Positions 29,848-46,011 of a stretch of 64,000 nucleotides of DNA are shown in pieces. Origin of the DNA: the human T2T-CHM13v2.0 reference genome, Homo sapiens; the NCBI RefSeq assembly GCF_009914755.1, contig NC_060930.1; one strand, written 5' to 3'. The position numbers and the translations under genes are program-made. The number at the start of each line of letters is the position of its first letter. Position 1 is the first letter of the stretch. Below the pieces are notes generated by a model that saw only the letters and a list, made by a program, of their open reading frames with translations, made no database searches and was not told the DNA's origin.

Positions 29848-30353
29848 TGCCAGCTCCGTTGGGGAGACCCTAACCCAGTGGCGCTAGAGGAATTAAAGAC
29901 ACACACACAGAAATATAGAGGTGTGAAGTGGGAAATCAGGGGTCTCACAGCTTTCAGAGCTGAGAGCCCCGAACAGGGATTTACCCACATATTTATTAAC
30001 AGCAAACCAGTCATTAGCATTGTTTCTATAGATATTCGATTAACTAAAAGCATCCCTTATGGGAAACGAAGGGTGGGCTGAATTAAAGGAATAGGATGGG
30101 CTAGTTAACTGCAGCAGGAGCATGTCCTTAAGGCACAGACCGCTCAAGCTATTGTTGGTGGCTTAAGAATGCCTTTAAGTGGTTTTCCGCCCTGGGTGGG
30201 CCAGGTGTTCCTTGCCCTCATTCCTGTAAACCTGCAACCTTCCAGCTTGGGCGTTAGGGCCATTATGAACATGTTACAGTGCAAAAGAGATTTTGTTTAT
30301 GGCCAGTTCTGAGGCCAGTATATGGCCAGATTTTGGGGGGCCTGCTCCCAACA
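29848..30353 (-). repeat. 3' LTR (MER9 family, 506 bp)
   Basis: About 94% identical to the 5' LTR by manual alignment; preceded by the polypurine tract AGAGAAGGGGGA; AATAAA at 29992-29997. Confidence 0.92.
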
Positions 30354-30369
30354 TGTCCCCCTTCTCTGA

Positions 30370-30950
30370 TTTGCAAATCGATAAAAGCAAAGGCAGCTTT
30401 GTCATGGTGAGCTACTTCTCGCAGGAGTCAGGTTCCACATCTGCAGACTATACAAAGACAAACAACACAGATTAAAAGCACAAACGTCATTGAAATCACA
30501 GAGCTTCCAAGTGTTTTTATCCATTGTAATGGGTTACTAGCTGCTAATTTGTCTGTAACTCCTTCAAGCACTCCAGTTCCTGGCATTAAGGTCAGGTGTG
30601 CCTGCGATGCTTTAAACATTTGTTCTTTTAATTTTAATTCCTTATGTTAAGCTCCTAGAGCGGGCTATATCATTTGAGGCTGAGGTGCTGCTATACCACC
30701 ATGGTTCCAGGTAATGGGAACTTTTGCCGTAGTTCTTATCATTTCTACCATCTGACCGTTTTGTTCAGATCATCTGAACATAGTGTGGCCGTGGCATGCA
30801 GACTGAGAGGTGCAATTCAAGCTAAACGTCCCCTTAGGGGACGAATTAATAATGATTCCATAGGAATCGTTGTGCAGCACCTCTGCCTGTTCTGCAATGC
30901 AATCTTCCTAAACAAGTACGTTCATTTTTTCTAACTGGGTCCAATCCTGT
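30370..30950 (-). pseudogene. HML-3 env remnant: SU fragment joined to the TM C-terminus
   Basis: V*EDCIAEQAEVLHNDSYGIII (SU-like); KLKEQMFKASQAHLTLMPG...WIKTLGS...VLLICVVCLCIVCRC (TM anchor); several stops. Confidence 0.82.
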
Positions 30951-31049
30951 TTACAAATAGGTTTTTGTAAACCTATTCTGCCCCAATTTTTTTTGTAAAC
31001 CTGATTCTGCCCCAATTTTTTTGTAAACCTGATTCTGCCCCAATTATAG

Positions 31050-31640
31050 GAACAGAATCAGAAATCACATTAATAGGCATATCAAAAGCAGTCAATACCT
31101 CAATTATAGCTACAAGCTCTGCTTTTTGAACTGAAGTATAGGGCATCTGAAAAACTTTACCTTTTGATCCAGAATAAGAAGATTTACCATTACTAGACCC
31201 ATCTGTAAAACAATGAAAACAGGCTGCATGTTGTTTACTGCAGGAATTGTAAATGCAAACTGTTCACAGTCTTGCTCAGCTAAAGGGATAGTAAAGAAAC
31301 AATCTTTTAAATCTATGACTATTAAAGCCCAATTTTTTGGAATTATAGCAGGAGAAGGCAATCCTGGCTGTAATGCTCCCATAGGTTATATAACTGAATT
31401 GATAGCTCTGAAGTCAGTTAACATTCTCCATTTACCTGATTTTTTCTTAATTACGAAAACTGGAGAATTCCAAGGAGAAAATGCTGGAGCTATGTGCCCA
31501 TTTTCTAATTGTTCAGTAACTAATTTCTCCAAAGCCTCCAGTTTCTCTTTACTTAGCGGCCATTGTTCTATCCAAATTGGCTTATCTGTTAACCATTCTA
31601 AAGGTATAGGTTCTGGAGGCTTAACAATGGCTGCCATCAA
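31050..31640 (-). pseudogene. HML-3 pol remnant: RT N-terminus joined to an RNase H fragment; no YxDD, no integrase
   Basis: [37 protein letters not shown]; then FTDGSSNG...QKAELVA...NVISDS. Confidence 0.88.
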
Positions 31641-32540
31641 AAATGATATCCTAATCTTTGGCGGGAACTTTTTAAACCTTGCAAATTTTTTTTTCTAGTC
31701 CTGTTCCGGGTACATACCCCATTTCATGAATCATATGTTGACTTTGAGGGCTATATAATTGTTCTGGAATTAGAATTTGTGCTCCCCATTGTTGTAATAA
31801 ATCTCTTCCCCATAAATTTATAGGTACAGAAAGTTATAATTGGTTGAATAGTCCCAGGTTGTCCATCGGGCCCTTCACAATGCAAAATATAACTACTTTG
31901 ATATACTTCAGGGGCTTTACCAACCCCAACCATGTTAAATTGAGTGGGTTGAATTGGCCACGTGGACGGCCAGTGCTGTAGAGAAATGATTGACATGTCT
32001 GCTCCTGTATCTACCAAGCCTTTAAATTTCTTTCCCTGAATAGTTATTTCACAGGTAGGACGTCTATCAGTAATTTGATTTACCCAATAAGCTGCTTTGC
32101 CTTGTTTATTTGTGCTTCCAAATCCTCCTGTTCATTTAATTTCACTTTTTCCCATTCCCACATATGGCACAATCAGGAGCTGCACTATGCGCTCTCCTGG
32201 CTCTGCTTTCCAGGAAACAGAAGTAGATATAACAATTTGAATTTCCCCATTGTAATCTGAATCAATGACTCCTGTATGTATTTGTACCCCTTTTAAACCT
32301 ACACTAGACCTTCCTAAAAGTAATCCTATCGTCCCTGCTGGCAAGGGTCCACAGACTCCTGTTGGGACCTTTTGCGGGGGTTCCCCAGGCAGAAGGCTCA
32401 CAGCTTTTGTGCAGCATAAATCTACCATGGCACTACTGGCTGTGGCAGGCGACAGACATTGTACGGGGGTGAAGGAATGGCCTGAGCTGGAAATGCCCCG
32501 GTTTAGACCTGGGCCCGGGATGGGCCCCTCATGGTGTTTC
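31641..32540 (-). pseudogene. HML-3 pro remnant: dUTPase, aspartic protease, G-patch
   Basis: GRSS, GVIDSDYNGEI and GGFGS dUTPase motifs; LVDTGAD protease site; MGYVPGTGL G-patch; disrupted. Confidence 0.9.
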
Positions 32541-33271
32541 CCGAAATCGCGTTCCCATCTTTATCAAACTTAGAGTGACAATGATTAACCCAGTGTTTTC
32601 CTTTTTTACAATTTGGACATATTTCAGGATCAGCAGTTTTCTTTTTTCCCATATCTGGCAGCCTGACTCACTGATTTTTTCTACATTCTTTTTTAGTATG
32701 ACCATGCTTCCCACAGTTAAAACAAGGTCCAGGAAATAGAGTATTTCCTTTATCCACTCTCAGTCCTGCCATTGCCTGTGCTAGCAGAGTAGCTTTATGC
32801 AGATTACCTCCGATACCATCACAGGCCTTGATATAATCAACTAAATGTGCTTTCCCGAATTTAAAAGGAAAAGGCTCAAATGTAGCTATAATATTTCCCT
32901 GTTGATCTGGGGGGTGTATTCTAACAGGGAACTGCCAAGCCTCTAAATCACCCTCTTGTCAGGCTGAATTCCTGCCTGAATAGAACTAAGAGTGGTGGCT
33001 CAAGGCGCTGCTCTAACAGTCACTGGGGCAACTACTTTTTGCCCAGTGTCCTCTGGAAAAGAAAGATCTGGAGGGTCTTTTCTTCAAAATAATAAGGAGG
33101 GGGTGCAGAAAGGTAGGGTTGAACCTCTCCCTCCTTTGCCGCTTTAGCTTTAGCTGGCACATAGACCTGGTCTGTAACCTCTTCTGTTACTTCATTATAC
33201 TCTCGTTCCTCCTCATCATCAGTGTGAAAAAGTTCCAAGGTGAAACGAACCAGACCCCACACCTGTCCCAT
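32430..33271 (-). pseudogene. HML-3 gag remnant (most of capsid deleted; two CCHC knuckles)
   Basis: MGQVWG start; EAWQFPV; CFNCGKHGHTKKEC and [14 protein letters not shown]; stop codons and frameshift; GGGAAAC slippery heptamer at 32536-32542. Confidence 0.88.
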
Positions 33272-33400
33272 TGTTACCCTGACACTTCTGAGCTCCCCTT
33301 CTTACTCACCATGGGGATTGCTTTAAGAGTACTCAGGTATCCTCCATTTTCAGTTTTCCATTCCAACCATCATTCCAGCGACCCTTCAACCTGGATTCAA

Positions 33401-33419
33401 GCCCCCACAATGGATGCCA
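33401..33419 (-). other. Degenerate tRNA-Lys primer binding site
   Basis: TGGCATCCATTGTGGGGGC just inside the 5' LTR; resembles the Lys(CUU) PBS TGGCGCCCAACGTGGGGC. Confidence 0.7.
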
Positions 33420-33421
33420 CT

Positions 33422-33933
33422 TGCCAAGACAAGCTCCGTAGGGGAGACCCTAACCCAGCGGCACTAGAGGAATTAAAGACACACACACAGAAATATAGAG
33501 GTGTGAAGTGGGAAATCAGGGGCCTCACAGCCTTCAGAGCTGAGAGCCCCGAACAGAGATTTACCCACATATTTATTAACAGCAAGCCAGTCATTAGCAT
33601 TGTTTCTATAGATATTCGATTAACTAAAAGCATTCCTTATGGGAAATGAAGGGATGGGCCGAATTAAAGGAATAGGCTGGGCTAGTTAACTGTAGCAGGA
33701 GCATGTCCTTAAGGCACAGATCGCTCATGCTATTGTTTGTGGCTTAAGAATGCCTTTAAGCGGTTTTCCGCCCTGGGCGGGCCAGGTGTTCCTTGCCCTT
33801 ATTCCTGTAAACCCACAACCTTCCAGCTTGGGCGTTAGGGCCATTATGAATATGTTACAGTGCTGCAGAGATTTTGTTTATGGCCAGTTTTGGGGCCAGT
33901 TTATGACCAGATTTTGGGGGCCTGGTCCCAACA
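33422..33933 (-). repeat. 5' LTR (MER9 family, 512 bp)
   Basis: Starts TGTTGGGACCAGGCCCCCAAAATCTGG, ends GTCTTGGCA; followed by the PBS. Confidence 0.92.
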
Positions 33934-34015
33934 GGAAAAGGTGTGAGTATAGAAAAGGTGCATAAATTAGCTGAAGCTAAACTCAGACGGAAGAACTTGA
34001 AATATGTCTAAGCAA

Positions 34016-34410
<395 letters not shown>

Positions 34411-37400
34411 TATATCAAACCAATGGCAAGATTGTTTCATTGCAATGCATACTAAGTATCTATGTATCTACTGTGTGCCCGGCACTATTGGCTACTGTAG
34501 ATAACAATATCTCCCCTTGAAGAGTCTCATCTTCAAAGTCTCCAGAGGAGAGAAAGTAAAAAGATGATTAAAATACTGCAGCTATAATACAGATATGGGT
34601 GGTAGAGATTGCCCTTATCCCGCTGATAAGTGTATACCTATTTTCAACTGATCACATGGCTCCCCAGAAAAAAAGACTACATTTCCCAGCTTCCAATTGT
34701 GCTATGCATGGCCATGTGACTGAAGTTCTGGTCAAGCTGAATTGTCATATGTGCCTTCTGGGAAGCCTTCTCATTGGCTAAGACTTAATTATCCATCATC
34801 CCTCTCATTCCATGTGTCACCAAGACCTGATAATTTTATCTCAATCGATTCTAATTTAATTTTATCTCTACCAGTTTTGTCCCCTGCCCCTTCACAATAT
34901 CCCTTCTGCTCTAGGTCTTTTTTCTAGATGAGTACCCAAACGTCATGATTGTTCTTCCTGCCTCTAGTGTTGTCTGGACCTCTTCGTCCTGCAAAAATCT
35001 CTTCTTCATATGCTAAGGAAAATGAGCTTTTCAGAATACAAAACTGATCATGTTCGTCCCCCACCAAAAATCCAGCAGAATCGTCATTATTCTTAATTTG
35101 AAGCTCAAAGTCCTAATAAAACTACCCATATTCTGATCACTGCTTATGATTCAACCCTCCGCATTGCTACAATATGGCACATAGAGCCTTTACTTCCTAT
35201 ATCCAGTTTAGTTTTCCATCCCCACTGCCTGCCAATCCCCAGGGATCCCTACCCCAAATTCTACACACTAATCCCATTTGATTATTCTGTTCCTTAACTA
35301 CTTTTTTCCTGTTGTGCTTCCAAGCCTTTGTTGGGAGTTGTTTTCATTTCCCTTCCCATGAATCAACCCTTAGATCAAACTCAAATGGCACCGCATCTGA
35401 GAAGCCATTCCTAATGATCTCTCTTCACCTACTCTACCTCCATTTGGAACTGGTTGTTCCTCTTGTGTGTTCCATGTGTCTCTGTTATAGCATACATGAT
35501 ATTATACTATAGTTACTTTATTTCTGTGTGTCCCCAGCCAGACTTTGAGCTCTTTGAGGTCAAAGTCCGTGTCTTAGTTATCTTCATATCTCCATAGTTG
35601 AGATTTGAGATAGTTACCTAGCTCAGTAAATATTTGTTGAATGAAATAAACTTGGAAAATCTGACAAGCAGCATAAGAGTTAACACACACGATGTGCCTT
35701 TTCTTTTTCCAGGTCTTAATTCAAGCATCCTGAGTTGTGCTATCCAAACAATAACAGATTTAATATTGTGTATTACTAAAGTGCTATGTACCAGACTTGG
35801 GTTAAACATATGTCAGCAGTTCTGGTTCTTTAAAAGAATTCATTTAAGAACCTGCTGTTCTTTGGCCTAACAAGGAACATCAGCCAGTCAGCAACAGATT
35901 GCAAGATTAAGTGCATGAGCATGAGTTTGATCAAGTCTCCATGGTGACATGCTACAAAGATGGCACTCTTGGATAAGATAAAATGGGGATAGAATTGCAA
36001 AGCAGGCACAGTTCCAGAAGCTTCCTTCTTTCTTGGATGATAAGAAAGAAATAATTTGAAAACTAAGATGGCCAATCCCTTGAGGATAAGATACCTCTGT
36101 CCCACTCCCAAGAACAGTGGGGCAATTTATTTCCCTTCTCTTAGGAAAGAAGCTGCAAAAGGTAAAGCACTGTGGAAAAGAGAGCTCATCTGGAATTGCC
36201 CATTCCGTATCTGCTTTGGAGCCCACATGTGTAATGTTTTCATTTTGCCATAAGCTTTTCTCACAACCTTAAATCATTTGTCCCTCATTGCAAGAGTTGG
36301 TGTGAAAATAGATCTTGTTCTACACTATTCCCTGCTCTTGCTAAAAGAAATTTTAACAGTTTACTCAAAAGGCAGTGGGCTTGGGGAGCCACCAGGTATT
36401 GGATCAAATCTCCATTATACTACTTATTAACTGTGTAAATTTAAGCAAGTATCTTAATCTTTTTGCATCTCTTCACTCGTAATGCAGTTAAAAACTATCT
36501 CATAGTGGAGATATGAGGAATAAATGAGACAAAATCTATAAAATTTCTAGCACAGGGCTTGTCCCTTAGTATTTACTTGATAAATTAACTTCCTTTCTGG
36601 AATCCCTTTTTGAAAGGGACAGTCTTTTATAAACTACTCTGATTAGAGAAGAAACATTGGGTTGGAAAGTTTGAAATTTCTTCAGACACGTTAGAATTTA
36701 GGGTAAAGATGAATAGAAAAATTGCTTACTCAGATATTGATGCAATGTGATGTCATAAAAGTTATAATAGCCAGGAGATCTGACTTCTGGTCTTGGCTCT
36801 GGCATTAACCAGCGGTGTGATTTTGGACAAGTCGCTGCACTTCACTGTATCTGCTTGGATTTTTAAGCTTCCTAGTGTGAAAAATGATAAATGTGGACTA
36901 AATGATCTTTTATGATCCTTTTCTGTCACTGAAGTGCTAGGATACTAATTGGATCATGTGGTATATTTCTCTTGGTTGTGAGAATTGTGAGCTGTTTGAA
37001 GTAGGAAAAGAGTAGATTGAAGAACGAATTATTTGGTGAGTGTGAGGTCCAAGCAGATGCTTTGAAGTGTAAAAGGATCATGGAATTTAATTAGCTTCTG
37101 TTCAGGAGTTGTCTGTCCAGTTCAGGAGTTATCAAGTCATTGGCATCTCCACCCTTTTTACTTGTTATCTCTCTCCGATCTCCTTTCATCTGCTCAATCA
37201 CCAAGTAGTTACCGAGGGCTTGCTTTGGCCCAGTGCTGTGCTAAGAGGCAGAGTTGCAAGCAGAATATCAGGCAAGGTCTCTGCCTTCCAGAAGCTTTCA
37301 ACAAAACCAGATTGATGAGATTAACATACATGAAAGCATACAGTACAGACACATAATTTAGTACCGAGATATGTGACCCAAGTTATACATGTATAGAAGG

Positions 37401-37894
37401 ATTTTTTAAAAAGATTATTGAGGGTTGGTGTACTTAGGAAACGCAGAATAGTTATTCTTGAATATGGGGAAATTTTGTATTGGAAGAAGTCAGCTGGGTT
37501 TCTGAGCCAATGAAGCAAAATAAGTGAAGGTGCAGAAACAAGGAAGACATGACTTTGCCATTTGACACTCTAAGATGTTTCCTATCTAACCAAACACTGT
37601 ACCCTTTTCTCTGTCCTTCAGCCCTGCTGAGGCTGACATGTATTCTCATCATGGTTTCTGATCTATCTACCTCTCTGCTTTCCCTGTTAGTTATCCCTTC
37701 TATTATCAAGTCACTTGCCCCAGAGCCATGCTACAAGTCCTCTCCCTGTGGCCTACCATTCCTATCTTAAAAGGTTCATCCAGTTTGGCATAGCCCTGCC
37801 TTTATTTTCTCAGATCTTACTCTGTGAACCATCAGGCTTGTTAAAGAAGTCTTGTCTACACTAACAGAACTCCATGCTATTCAACTGAACTTGA

Positions 37895-38236
<342 letters not shown>

Positions 38237-38400
38237 TGACTTCTCATGGCATTGTGCATGTTGATTGCCCCAACTTCTTTCTGTTTTTCTCAACTCCTCT
38301 GCCCACCCTCCTTTGCCCTTTCACTCTCATCAGATAATCTTGATGATCATGATTCTGTAATGCAAGCTCCCCTCCACTTCCTTCTTTACAAGTCTAAGTA

Positions 38401-38711
<311 letters not shown>

Positions 38712-39298
38712 ATGTAAACAAATATAAGATCCCTTACACTTTACCCTGCAACCTCTTCAAGTTACTCCTTGGTCTTTCCTCTTCTTTTTAGCAACCAACT
38801 TTTTGAAAAAGTAACTGTTTTCTTCCAAGTCGGTTTTCTTATCTCTTGAGTTTGGTTTTCCTTTCATCAAACCACAGTCTCCACCCCCGACACCCCGTCA
38901 TGTCCCCGGTGCTCCTGCTGCACAGATCCTTCAGCATTTGTGCTGCTGAATCCATCTTCCCTCTTGAGTATGCATTGCCATCTATTGGCTTTCACTGCTG
39001 TAGCATTACCTTAAGATGTCTAATTTTCTCTTTTTGTTTCTGCCTTATTCTTTGTTTCAGTTTTCTTTCTCCCTAAAAATATAGACATCCCCTGATGTTC
39101 TTTTTTCAGCCCTTTCTTTTCTCTCCATGCCTTCTCTCCATGGTTACGCATTTATTATCACAGTTTCAGCAATGTTTCTATTCCTTTAACTCTCAACTCT
39201 TCACCTCTGGCTCTTTCAGTCAAGACCCATTTTCATTTCTAGCGGTTTGCTCAGTGCCACTTCTGCAATATGGAAATGGCCCTCAAACTCAACATCTC

Positions 39299-39617
<319 letters not shown>

Positions 39618-41569
39618 TTAACAAGGCCACAGCTCTAAATAAGCCAACAGCTCTTTTTGTAGTCACTATTTCTCTTTTGTTTTTTTTTTTTTTATTTGTT
39701 TGTTTGTTTTTAGTGACAACACATTTCTTCCCCACTCATAGGCCTGGTTCCCAGAATTGTGTCTGACTCCTCCTTTTCTTTGCTTTCTCGTACCTCCTAC
39801 CTCTACTCTGCTGCTAAGACCCGTATTTTAACAAAGACTCATATCTTTATATGCCTTTCCATTTCTTTCTAGCAACAAACTCATTGAAATTTTTAACAAT
39901 GTTGCTTAGCTAAATTCGTTAGCTTTATACCTGGGCTACTTCTCACTAGTCCCTCTCCTCTAAGATACTTAAACACCATGGCTAAATTAATCTTCCTAAG
40001 TAATGGACTTGATTATTTCTCACAGTGCTCAAGAACCCTCAATAGCTCCCCATTGATTGAAAAACTATGTATGAAATTATCAATGTAGCATTCAAGGCTC
40101 TTCACAATATAGCTTCAAACTCATCATCCACCACTCTCAGCTACAGAAAACATGAATATCTCATTGTCCCCAGAGAATACCTTGCATTTTTCTACTAAAT
40201 GATTTTGTTTATTCCATTTTCTCTGTGTGGAATCTCTATCAGTTGGAATTATCAAGCAAAACTCATTTTAATATTTCTCTCTTTAATATTTCTCTATTAT
40301 TGATTCCATTCAATTCAGTAAACATTTATTGAGGACTTGCTATGCAATGTGTGCCATACAAAGGTGTATAAAGGTAAATTCTACCTTTGGGTACTGGCAA
40401 AAATATTGGGAAGACAGCCGTGTATATAAATATGTTTATATTTTCATGTTCTGTAATGAATGTCTAGCATAGAGCCTGGTACAGAGATTATGCAATACAG
40501 ATTTGTAGAATGATTGAATAATTAAGTATTTTATGAGATGCAAATAGTGCAATACCAGTGTACATGAAGTAAGGATTCATTTCAACTGAGAGACCACCTG
40601 GGAAAGCCTAAAAAAGAAGTTGGATTTCCAGCAGAGGGAGGCTCTGCAGTCTAGTGGTTAAGACCACAGGCTCGACAGAAAGTTAGATTAGATGCCGTTA
40701 TTCTGAGAACCATCTGCCTGATAAAGAGAGTCTGGAAGAAACAACCTTCTCTCTCCTGAAGATTCTCACAGTTTTTCTCCAGCCTGCCCTCTCTATAGAA
40801 TTCTTCCTTACATCTTTCTTCTTCTCAGCATCCAGGACTTCCCCAAACCTTTCTGGGATCTGTCCCAAGAAAATTCCAAATTACTTTGCATAGAAAAACC
40901 TTCATATGCTAGAGAAGAAAGTTTTACTTTGTTATACAGAGTTCCTTGGCTTCCTTTGTCTTGATATCATGGACGTTGCCTTTCAATTAGACATTTTGCA
41001 AAACAAAGGAGTAGTTTTTCCCTTTTGCTAACTCCAAATGAAGAAATCTGACTCCATTTATGATGAGAGTTAGGAAAAGCTTTATGATGCTATAGTTTGA
41101 AGTACTACTAATCACAGCATGTATGAAACATTTACTATGTACCAGGCACCATATAAGTCCTTTACATACATTATCTCATTTGATCCACACAGCACACTTT
41201 TGCAATATGTGTTATTAGTATTATCATTCCCATTTTGTAGATGGGCAAATTGAGGCCTAAAGAGATTTTGTGACAAACGTAAGGCACTGATGGGGACAAA
41301 ATTTGAACCTAAGTCTTGTGGCTTTGTATAGCTCATCTCTTTAACTAACATGCAGAGAACTGCCTCACAGTAATAGATTGTTGGTTGTTGGTTATTGTAG
41401 AAGATCCTGTGGGTAAACAGGTACTATACCTACTCTCTTGAGCAATATTGTCAGCTTTTGTAATTGGTAAGGGAGCAGTTAAAGCCTCTGACAAATGAAC
41501 AGAGAAACAGCTTTATTAGCAATAAAAAAAAAAAAAACGGATCCAGAGTCATTTAAGTAATAAAAATGT

Positions 41570-44430
<2,861 letters not shown>

Positions 44431-44435
44431 TGTAA

Positions 44436-44572
44436 GCCTCAGTGCAGTGGCTCAAATCTCTAATCCTAGCACTTTGGGAGGCCAAGGTGTGGGGATCACT
44501 TGAGGCCAGGAGTGGAAAACCAGTCTGGTCAACATATTGAGACCCTGCCTCTACAAATAAATAAATAAATTT
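44436..44572 (+). mobile_element. Alu monomer (FLAM-like)
   Basis: Left-arm sequence ending in (AAAT)n. Confidence 0.8.
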
Positions 44573-44631
44573 TTAAAAGGAAAAAAACTTGAACCCAGGT
44601 CTGCCTAGCTGGCAAATTTGTACCCTTCATT

Positions 44632-44940
44632 TCTTTGTTTGTTTTTGTTTTTGTTTTGAGTCAGGGTCTTGCTCTGCTGCCCACGCTGGAGTGCAGTGGC
44701 TCAATCACAGCTCATTTCAGCCTCAAACTCCTGGGCCCAAGCAATACTCCCACTTCAGCCTCCACAGTAGGTGAGACCACAGGCGTGAGCCACCATGCTC
44801 AGCTAATTTTTAAAATTTTTTGCAGAGATGCAGACTCCCTATGTTGCCCAGGCTGGTCTTGAACTCCTGGCCTCAAGTGATCCTTCTGCCTCGATCTCCC
44901 AAAGTACTGGGATTACAAGTATGAGCCACTGTGCCTGGCC
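44632..44940 (-). mobile_element. AluJ
   Basis: Diverged reverse dimeric Alu. Confidence 0.88.
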
Positions 44941-46011
44941 TTATACTGTTTTTTAAAAATACACCAGAGTGGGTCAATTGGTCCCAAGATGGCCGAATAG
45001 GAACAGCTCTTGTCTGCAGCTCCCAGCATGATCGACACAGAAGATGGTGATTTCTGCATTTCCAACTGAGGTAACTGGTTCATCTCATTGGGACTGATTG
45101 GACAGTGGGTGCAGCCCACTGAGGGCAAGCTGAATCAGGGCAGGGCATCAACTCACCCGGGAAGCACAAGGGGTCAGGGGATTTCCCTTTCCTAGCCAAG
45201 GAAAGCTGTGACAGACTGTACCTGGAAAAATGGGACAATTCTGCCCAAACACTGCACTTTTCCCAAGGTCTTAGCAACCGGCAGAAAAGGAGATTCTCCC
45301 CCATGCCTGACTCGGTGGGTCCCATGCCCATGAAGCCTTGCTCACTGCTAGTGCAGCAGTCTGAGATCAAACTGTGAGGCAGCAGCCTGGCTTGGGGAGA
45401 GGTGTCTGTCATTGCTGAAGCTTGAGTAGGTAAACAAAGTGGCTGGGAAGCTCGAACTGGGTGGAGGCACTGTGGCTAAGCAAGGCCTACTGCCTCTATA
45501 GACTCCACCTCAATGGGCAGGGCATAGCTGAACAAAAGGCAGCAGACCACTTCTGCAAACTTAAACGTCCCTGTCTGACAGCTCTGAAGAGAGCAGTGGT
45601 TCTCCCAGCATGCTGTTTGAGCTCTGAGAAAGGACAGACTGCCTACTCAAGTGGGTCCCTGAACCCCGTGTAGCCTAACTGGGAGACAACTCCCAGTAGG
45701 GGCCAACAGACACCTCATATAGGCAGGTGCCCCTCTGGGCTGAAGCTTCCAGCAGAAGGATCAGGCAGCAGTATTTGCTGTTCTGCAATATTTGCCGTTC
45801 TGCAACCTCCACTGCTGATACCAAGGCAAATAGGGTCTGGAGTGGACCTCCAGCAAACTCCAACAGACCTGAAGCTGAGGGACATGACTGTTAGAAGGAA
45901 AACTAAAAAACAAAATGGAATAGCATCAACATCAACAAAAAGGAAATCTACACCAAAACCACATCTGTAGGTCACCAACATGAAAGACCAAAGGTAGGTA
46001 AAACCACAAAG

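Larger units (their letters stand above)
29848..33933 (-). mobile_element. HERV-K(HML-3)/HERVK9 provirus, internally deleted (4086 bp), with MER9 LTRs
   Basis: Two direct TG...CA LTRs of about 510 bp; 6-bp TSD GGAAAA (29842-29847 and 33934-33939); betaretroviral gag, dUTPase-protease, RT/RNase H and env remnants. Confidence 0.93.

Noticed and set aside
29697-30081. ORFs of 118 aa and 81 aa, with near-copies at 33119-33649
   Set aside because: Incidental translations of the duplicated LTR sequence
30962-31043. 28-bp repeats as a CRISPR-like array
   Set aside because: Head-to-tail copies without spacers, inside a primate ERV; no cas genes
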